A stretch of 64,000 bases of DNA from Octopus vulgaris (Eukaryota). The notes under the pieces are model-generated. The model searched no databases, was not told the origin of the DNA, and saw only the letters and a list, made by a program, of their open reading frames with translations. Below are positions 55,930-64,000 of the stretch, in pieces. Position 1 is the first letter of the stretch, and each line of letters begins with the position of its first letter. Location of the stretch: the NCBI GenBank assembly GCA_951406725.2, contig OX597822.1, positions 59,086,001-59,150,000 on the forward strand, given 5' to 3'. The position numbers and the translations under genes were made by a program.

Positions 55930-56580
55930 TCCTGTTCATAGAATCCAACGAAGATCGCATGGATAGTAGTAGTATCTGGAGATACTACTACCGATGTGTG
56001 ATCTTCATCAATGTTTGAAGCTGTCTGTATATTTTGTGGAGAAGTGAAAATATCGTATGGTATGAGATGAAAAAAAAAATAGGGGCAGGAGAACGGAACT
56101 CTTTGATAATTTACAGTTCCGGAAGTTCTTTCTAATATATTACGTAAAATTGACAGAACTACAGGTAATTTTGAGAGAGAGCGTTTTGTGTTGTTTCTCA
56201 TGTGGTGTTGAATATTTTGTGTATAAATGGATGATGTTGATGGTAGTTAGGTGATGTGTGGGAGGATTTTTGTTATTAGAGCCATCTTATATTTTCTGTG
56301 TTAGGCTTGTATGTAGTGAAGTGGAAAGTAAAGAGGTGAATCCATTTTGTAGTTTAAAGAGTTGTGCATGAATTGGTAATGTGTCTCTAAGCCTCTCTAA
56401 GATCGTTGAGGATGTAAATAGGAGGGAAATCGTTATAGATTACTCAATAGATTCCTGGTACCTTGGATGTTTTTATCGAAATCATTTCTGCTGCAAGATT
56501 TCGGACATAATTTCTGATTTTGAGGATACCTTTCTGCGTTCCACTCGGCAGTTTCGGGGTCCCTGTAAAGATCCATGGTG
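55930..56580 (-). mobile_element. Possible very degenerate PLE-type RT fragment
   Basis: Weak motifs only (TINIIHLYTK resembling T.DV.SLYTN, KVPG). Confidence 0.3.
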
Positions 56581-57407
56581 ATAGCTCATTTTCGTGACTA
56601 AAAGCTAAAAAAAAAATTCGAGCTAGCGGTCTTATTTGACAGAGAATTGGCTGTTATTTCTAGCCGGTCAAACACTTAAAAAAACGCTTTGATGTTGTGT
56701 GTGTATGTGCGTGCATGTGTGTTTGTGTGCGAGTATGATGGCGGAAAGCATCAAATAGTTATTTAAGATATGGAACGGTGTAATTTGAAATATACTTGAT
56801 GCTATTGCTACGCAGCTAGAGTCTCTCAGAGTTTCTATTTCACTAACTGTGGATCATTATTCACAAAAGGGGGTCTGCATTCCTCGATTGCGATAACAAC
56901 AATAGCAACAACACCCGAAATAATCTTAATAATAACAGTAGAAACATCAACCTTAGACTGTAGAATCAAGAACCACCTCCACCAAAACTACCACCACCAC
57001 CACCACCACCACCACCACAACTGCAACCACCAGTTTCGGTGACGACGGCCACCATCTCCACTACCCCCACAACTAATATTTCAATCAGCATCACTACTAC
57101 TAGTGCAGCTATTATCACCTGTGCCACCACCACCACCACCACCATCACCAACACCACCAATAATTACAGAAAAAAGTCAGTGCTATACCAAAAACTAAGT
57201 AAATGGGGGTGGTGGCAGTAGTAGAAGAGGAGGAGGACGAGGAGGAGGACGAGGAGGATGAGGTGGAGGAAAAGGAAAAGGAGGAAGTGAAGTGATGTAC
57301 CCCAGCTATTACCTTATATGTTTGATATCTTATTGAATCTTATCTAGCAGAACACCTTTCTTCTTGATGTATGCACGCGCGCGCGTATACATACGTACAT
57401 ACATACA

Positions 57408-57444
<37 letters not shown>

Positions 57445-57559
57445 ATATACATACGTATTTATGCATATATATACATATATATCTGCATACGCACATACAT
57501 ACATATATACATACATACACACATACACACACGCACATACACATATATATATAATAATA

Positions 57560-57613
<54 letters not shown>

Positions 57614-57912
57614 TATATACATACATGTACAAACCTACACTTCAAACACCAGTACCGTAGCGGCGTCAGTAGTCATGATGGTAATATAGAGGTGTATATA
57701 TATATATATATATATATTACACACACACACACACACATACACACACACACATATGCTTAGAGTGAGAGAGAGAGAGAGAGAAAGAGAGAGAACAGGGAGA
57801 GGGGAAGCGAGAGGAAGATGCACAACAGATAAGTTTTGTTTACAACTACATTCTTTAGAATTCTAGATCGTTCAGTGTTTATCTTACTGTTGTGAAAGAA
57901 AACTAGCAGCAT

Positions 57913-57960
<48 letters not shown>

Positions 57961-58364
57961 TGTGTACACCCCCACCCACCCACACACATAACGTTATCAG
58001 CGGCATTACGAACAGCGGTAATGTGGGCCATGGCGGCATCAGCAAAAACAACCACGTTAAGTACAATTGCAGCAACAGCGATGAACAACAGCGGAAAGAA
58101 CAAACCCAGTGTTATAACGACTCCCTGTTTTCACTGTGAAATCTTAGCTACAGAAACCACTTGAAAAACAATCATCCACCTTTATCATCTACTTTCCTTA
58201 CTTAATATCATTTCGACATGCAATGATAAACACGCATTATAAACCAGATGCAGTGTTTGTTCTGGCATAATCGTTTATGGTATCGGGGCAAAATGCTTTA
58301 TGGTGTTTCGTTACGGCTTTTTACGTTCTGTGTTCAAATCCAGTCGTGTTTGATAATATAACGA

Positions 58365-58657
58365 TAAACGTCGCCCTTTTCAAGCCTAGCCAGGCTCATG
58401 GGCCCGGTTTCCCGGTTTCTGTGGCGTATGAGTCCCCCCTCCCCCAGCTGGACGGAACGCCAGTCCATCGCAGCGTTACTCAATAAACAGGAAGAGAGAA
58501 TGAGAGAAAGTTGTGGCGAAAGAGTACAACAGGAACTTCGTGGAGCTTTTAGGTGTTTTCGCTCAATGAACACACACAACGCCCGGTCTGGGAATCGAAA
58601 CTGCGATCTTCCGACCGCGAGTCCGCTGCCCTAACCACTGGGCCATTGCACCTCCAC
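58365..58657 (-). mobile_element. Family-R2 SINE with a different 3' part
   Basis: Same head and core as the 63854 copy, but a distinct tail. Confidence 0.8.
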
Positions 58658-58917
58658 CTTGATAATATAAAGTACCAGTCAAATCGGGCATCGGACAAAA
58701 TGCCTTGTTATATTTAATTATTATCCTTTTATCTTCTGAGTTTACGAGTTCAAAGTCTCAGGATTTGTAAAAGGAAGTATCAGTCAATGTTGGGCCAATA
58801 TAATTGACACGCTTCATGTGTGTGTGTGTCCTCCATCAAAAGTGAGGTCTTATTCCTATGCCAGTAATTATTACTAAGCAAAAGAGCCAATGTGGGAGCC
58901 TTTTAGAGGTCGCTCTT

Positions 58918-59281
58918 TCATTTGTTTCAGTCACAAGACTGCAGCCATGCTGGGGCACTGCATTGAATTTTTAGTCTAATGAATCGTTCGCAGCATTTAT
59001 TTATTTTAAAAAAAATTACGCCTGGTACTTACTTTATCAGTTTCTTTGCCGAACCGTTAAGTTGACAACACCGATTGTCAAGCAGTGGTAGGGGACAAAC
59101 ACACACGCGAAGGCACGCACACTCACACACACACGGCAGGTTTCTTTTAATTTCCGTCTACCAAATCCACTCACATGGCTTTGTCGGCCTGAGGTTATAG
59201 TAGAAGACATTTTCCTAAGATGCCCTGCGGTGAGACTGAGCATAGAACCATGTTTTATACCACACAGCCACGCCTGCGCCT
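58918..59281 (-). mobile_element. Family-K SINE
   Basis: Both arms, diverged. Confidence 0.75.
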
Positions 59282-59437
59282 ATGATATAATAACCAAATC
59301 TCCTTTAAATTAGGCTCTAGCTCTAGGGAAAAGGAAAAGACATGTCTGATAATGTGTCTTAGTTTGTACCGTGTGAATAAAAGGTGGGTATGGGTACGGG
59401 CAAAACAAGTAGTAGCAATAGCAACAGCAGCAAGGGT

Positions 59438-59555
59438 GGAGGCATAATGGCCCAGTGGTTAGGGCAGCGGAATCGCGATCGTAAGAATGCGGTTTCGATT
59501 CCCAGACCGGGCATTGTGAGTGTTTATTGAGCAAAAACACCTAGGCTCCACGAGT
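59438..59555 (+). mobile_element. Family-R2 SINE 5' fragment
   Basis: GGAGGCATAATGGCCCAGTGGTTAGGGCAGCGG. Confidence 0.75.
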
Positions 59556-59884
59556 TAGTCACAATACCATATCAGATACTTTTAATGAACCGATAAGTTA
59601 TGGGAACGTAAACAAACCAACTAGTGGTGATGGGGGACACACAAAAACACACACATAGATATATACGAACGGCTTAGTTTCCATCTACAAAATTCACTCA
59701 TCAAACATTGTTTGGCCCGGAATTATAGTGTCACGCAGTGGAACTGAACCTAAAACCCTGTCGTTGCATAGCGAATTTTTTAACCACACAGACATGCCTG
59801 CTCTTAACAACAGTTTTCAGAATAATCCAAAAACCATTTGGAAATTATTACCATACTACTTTATCAAACAGTGATAGCAAAAGT

Positions 59885-60285
59885 TGGTTTCAAATTTTGT
59901 CACAAGGTCAAACATTTCAGATGATGGGGCTACAGTGTTCAACAGTTACTTATTTTATCGACAGCGAAAGGATGAAAGGCAAAGTCGATTCCGGTAGAAT
60001 TTGAACACAGAACGTAAAGACGGACGACATGCCGCTAAGTGTTTTGTCCAGCCTGCCTATGATTCTACCAGCTCGTTGCTTTAAGAGCAAAGTACATATT
60101 GGTTTCAAATTTTGGCACAAGGCCAGAAATTTCAGGGGAGGGGTTAAGTCGATGACATCGATTCTACTGCTGAGCAGGTACTTATTTTATTAACTTAATT
60201 TTATTACTACTGGAAGTACAGGACCTCAAATTTGGGGGAAGGGGACTAGTCTGTTATATCTACCCCAGTGAAACACTGGGGTAGA
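59885..60285 (-). mobile_element. Family-M SINE plus repeated 3' fragments
   Basis: GAAAGGATGAAAGGCAAAGTCGA...GAATTTGAAC (reverse complement of the core). Confidence 0.65.
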
Positions 60286-60531
60286 ACAAGCATACATATA
60301 CCAAACACATTAATAACACATCAAAACTTTAGCACAGCACCGGTCTATGTTCACTGAATTCACACGAAACACGTTGAGATAGAAGTTGTATATGTGGGAC
60401 AACATTCCTTCTATCTCTTCAACATTCTGGACTGCGTTGACAATTTCGGTAACACTCGTTAAAAAAAAACTCAAGAAGATAGAGTGGTTTACTATGTTTA
60501 ATGTAAATACCTGGTATTTTCTTGCTCTTAG

Positions 60532-60815
<284 letters not shown>

Positions 60816-60929
60816 TATGTCTGTCTCTTTGTATGCCTGTTTGTCGGTTCTATCCCCTACCTCTTTAATACTGTCAACAATCGCCTTATCACACTAATTT
60901 CCAACATCTCGACCCGACGTAGGAACTCC

Positions 60930-61110
60930 TTCGTAATTGTTCAACCTGCTAGAAATAATAGCTAAACCTCTCTCAAATCCAACTCTGTTATCCGAAGAAA
61001 GGACAATTGGATCATGTAAACTGATCTACTTCTAAAATTACGGAATGATTGTGGCTAGAATGCATTTGGCCATAAGTTTGCTCCATCGGGGTTGGCCTGC
61101 GTTTAAACAA
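60930..61110. repeat. Old dispersed repeat family (also about 3130-3220, 11700-11860, 46660-46800, 63060-63250)
   Basis: Shared CCTGCTAGAAATA..AGC.AAA..TCTCTCAAA motif in both orientations. Confidence 0.55.
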
Positions 61111-61329
61111 CGGAGACAACTCATATATGATGGAAACACTTTGCAATCATCGTATCCATCTCCAAAATATTAACTCTTTTTCAATTTCTCTCTCATCCTT
61201 TCTCATCTCGGTGACTATCCTTCCGGGGCAGATCTATTAGGAAGCTGCCCCTGCTCTGTCACTCATCAATTGACTTTCGTTCGTATGGATTCAGTGGAAG
61301 CGATACCGTTTCACTCTGTCTGACTTGAG

Positions 61330-62290
61330 ATCTCCGCTTATAAGCTTCATAGGTATCTTATCTTTTTGATTTCAAGTTTCGTGTTAGCTTGCATCATTGT
61401 AGCAATGCACCAGCAGAGGTCTCTCTTCACCTAACATTATATCAATCTGGTTTGCAGCGGGGATTGGATATGCCGCCTATGCTTTTCGTCATGTTGATTA
61501 ACGAACTTATAAAAAAGTACTCACTCTTATACAAATGGCACCACACTTCACTCCTTAGCTTTCCACACACAGACCTCATCTACATGCTACCTGCAAATCT
61601 CATGTCTTACTGCCTCTGTTAACAGAGATCTTGACAGCATTCTCTAAACAGGTTAATTCTGTTTCTTTCAACAGCACAGAGACAATCACCGCAGATATGA
61701 AAAAAAATACTTGACCTAAGATCGTGACACAGACATTATCCTTCTCTTCAGGACCAGAAAATATTTCAGATCCCAACAGCTGCTGACACTCTACAAGATT
61801 CTTATGAGACTCACAAAGGACTGCTGCTTCTACATCTGAGACAGAGCTGTTGCTACACACAGACATCCTGGATCACATCTAGAGTAGGGCCATTCGGCTG
61901 ATCTGCATTAAATCACCAACAGACGCGCTGCAGCCTCTAACCTACAGGTATGCTGTCTCTTTCCTCTATCTTTTCTATCGCTCATATAATGGTTTCAGAC
62001 CCTCTGAAATGGTTGGTCACATAATTCCCTCATTCAGGTGCACCTGACCCATATCTCACCATCTCTCGTTACCCGTATTGAGTTCAATCTCACGGCTCCG
62101 AACTAACCACTATGACCATTCCTTTTTCCGTGGAACACTAGCTCTCTGGAATATTCTCTCTTCCCAAGTCTTTTCTGCAACAGTTTAAACGGAACATTAA
62201 AGAGTTCAGGCTCACCAGTTTCGAGGGACCTGCAAAGGTTATAGGCCCTGTTTCTGCTTCCAGACTCGGAGAGTATTAAAAAAAAAAGGG
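61330..62290 (+). mobile_element. Degenerate CR1/Jockey-group LINE RT and 3' region
   Basis: SGLQRGLDMPPMLFVMLINEL (GVPQGS..P.LF...INDL-like), ILDHI*SRAIRLI, LQPL..R.AVS.LYLFYR, SFF..T.ALWN.L. Confidence 0.7.
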
Positions 62291-62662
62291 CGTGCACAAC
62301 ACAAAACCGCAAAGTCGTTACAATTGCTAAGTCTCACAAACTGTAATGATCCCTGCTGTTAATCTCATATACATAACATATTTAAAACTACATCCTAAAG
62401 AGAGGCATTCTTTTCCGTCTCAGGAAATACTCTCTAATCATCACTTTCCCGACATAATAACCCTCTATTCAAGAACCAACTCATTGCTTTTTGTATTACA
62501 ATGTAAAGCTGTTTGTATACATACATACATACATACATACATACATACATACATACATACATACATGTATGCATACATATATATATACATATATATATAT
62601 ACGCACACATACATGTACATATACAAATTTACACATATATAAATATGTGTGTGTGTACACAC

Positions 62663-62731
<69 letters not shown>

Positions 62732-63264
62732 GTGCATACACACACGCACATAGAGTCTTTCAGAGTTTCCTTTTGAAATTGAAAATCCGGGTAACTGGCC
62801 TGGTTACCACCCACAAATACGAGTTACCGCCCAAGGCTATGTGTTCATAAAACTGTTTACCCCAGCATTTTGTCGATGTCAAGGCATGTTAAGGTTTATA
62901 TATATATAGGGATAGAAAAGACAAGTGAAAACTTTAGCTATTTGATGACGTTGGTGCTGGTAGTGGTGGTACTTGTTGTGGGGTTTGGTGACATAGTGGT
63001 GATGGTGATGTTAGTAGTAGTGGTGTTTGTTTTGGGGATAGGTATTGGTTGTGGTGCAAGTCATACTGGTATTAATACTGGTATTAATGTTGTTTCTAGC
63101 CCCAGTCAAGTAGACCTATGATCGTAGGTACTCCGGTCGTGACCATTCTATTAAGAAAAAATAACACTATTCATCTTAAATTACATTATTCAATCGTATC
63201 CTTCTTTTAAAGGGAAATTTGGTTGCTGTTTCTAACAGGTCGAGCAACTACATAGAACAGTGGT

Positions 63265-63854
63265 CTTCTTCTTCTTCTTCTTCTTCTTCTTCTTCTTCTT
63301 CTTCTTCTTCTTCTTCTTCTTCTTCTTCTTCTTCTTCTTCTTCTTCTTCCAATCAGGACTCACGTCATTAGCCACTAAGAATAATCTCTAATTCGAGCCT
63401 ACTCTAAGCTACTAAGAATGCGTGTGGTTACTTGAAGATCCACCCACCACACGCGATAGACTGGCGGTTGCACGGGCGCAAAAGCTACGTTGTTATCCTC
63501 ATTCCATAAACGGTGGCTTTTAACGGGTGGAGAGCTGAACCATCCTGGGGTACAGAGGATTCGCAATCTAGACTAGGGTCTGAAAGTTTACCACACCATA
63601 GTGGGTTACACCATGGTTCCTCTGCTTTGTGGCAGAAGTAGGAAGAAAGAGTGAGAAAAAGTTGTGGTGAAAGAGTACAGCGGGGTTCACCCCACACCCC
63701 GCAGAGTACTGCAGGGATCGCCACCATCCCCTGCCGGAGCCTCGTGGAGCTTAGGTGTTTTTGTTCAATAAACACTTACAATGCCCGGTCTGGGAATCGA
63801 AACCGCGTTCTTACGACCGCGAGTTCGCCCTAACCACTGGGCCATTGCGCCTCC
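63265..63854 (-). mobile_element. tRNA-derived SINE, family R2, full length with (GAA)n tail and 11-bp TSD
   Basis: Head GGAGGCGCAATGGCCCAGTGGTTAGGGC. TSD AGAACAGTGGT at 63254-63264 and 63855-63865. Confidence 0.88.
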
Positions 63855-64000
63855 AGAACAGTGGTTTCATATGACCTGGGGGCGGGGGGCAGTCTATATC
63901 AAATTTTGTCATTAAGAATTTATGTTCAATAAATTGGTTGTACTTTTATACAATTTCTAATCATGTATGATTATAAAAATACAATATGATTTTTTAAAAC

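Overview
AT-rich, microsatellite-saturated eukaryotic non-coding DNA (intronic or intergenic). The tRNA-derived SINE families and repeat landscape suggest a cephalopod (Octopus-like) genome; this is inferred, not database-checked. No intact host protein-coding gene is supported, and nearly all long ORFs in the track are translated microsatellites. The window holds many SINEs, mariner relics and MITEs, a hAT MITE with an 8-bp TSD, non-autonomous Helitrons, and fragments of RTE, R4/Dong-like and CR1-like LINEs. The most notable content is a Penelope-like element (PLE)/hammerhead-ribozyme system with four parts. (1) A near-identical 362-bp tandem array (43484-44767) carries one type I hammerhead per full unit, with a U3-A8 covariant core, i.e. 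a retrozyme-like circRNA template. (2) Two diverged relatives (about 11084-11533 and 6060-6443) share unit length, a covarying hairpin 81-85 nt upstream of the ribozyme core and a 3' end motif abutting (TA)n. (3) A decayed Naiad-type PLE (15373-18360, minus) has TGA codons at both conserved Cys of the CxxC motif in its GIY-YIG domain (selenocysteine signature) and long-stem-II hammerheads downstream. (4) Several PLE-style inverted-repeat insertions sit in (TA)n tracts. All structures were read by eye, and SINE/LINE boundaries are approximate.
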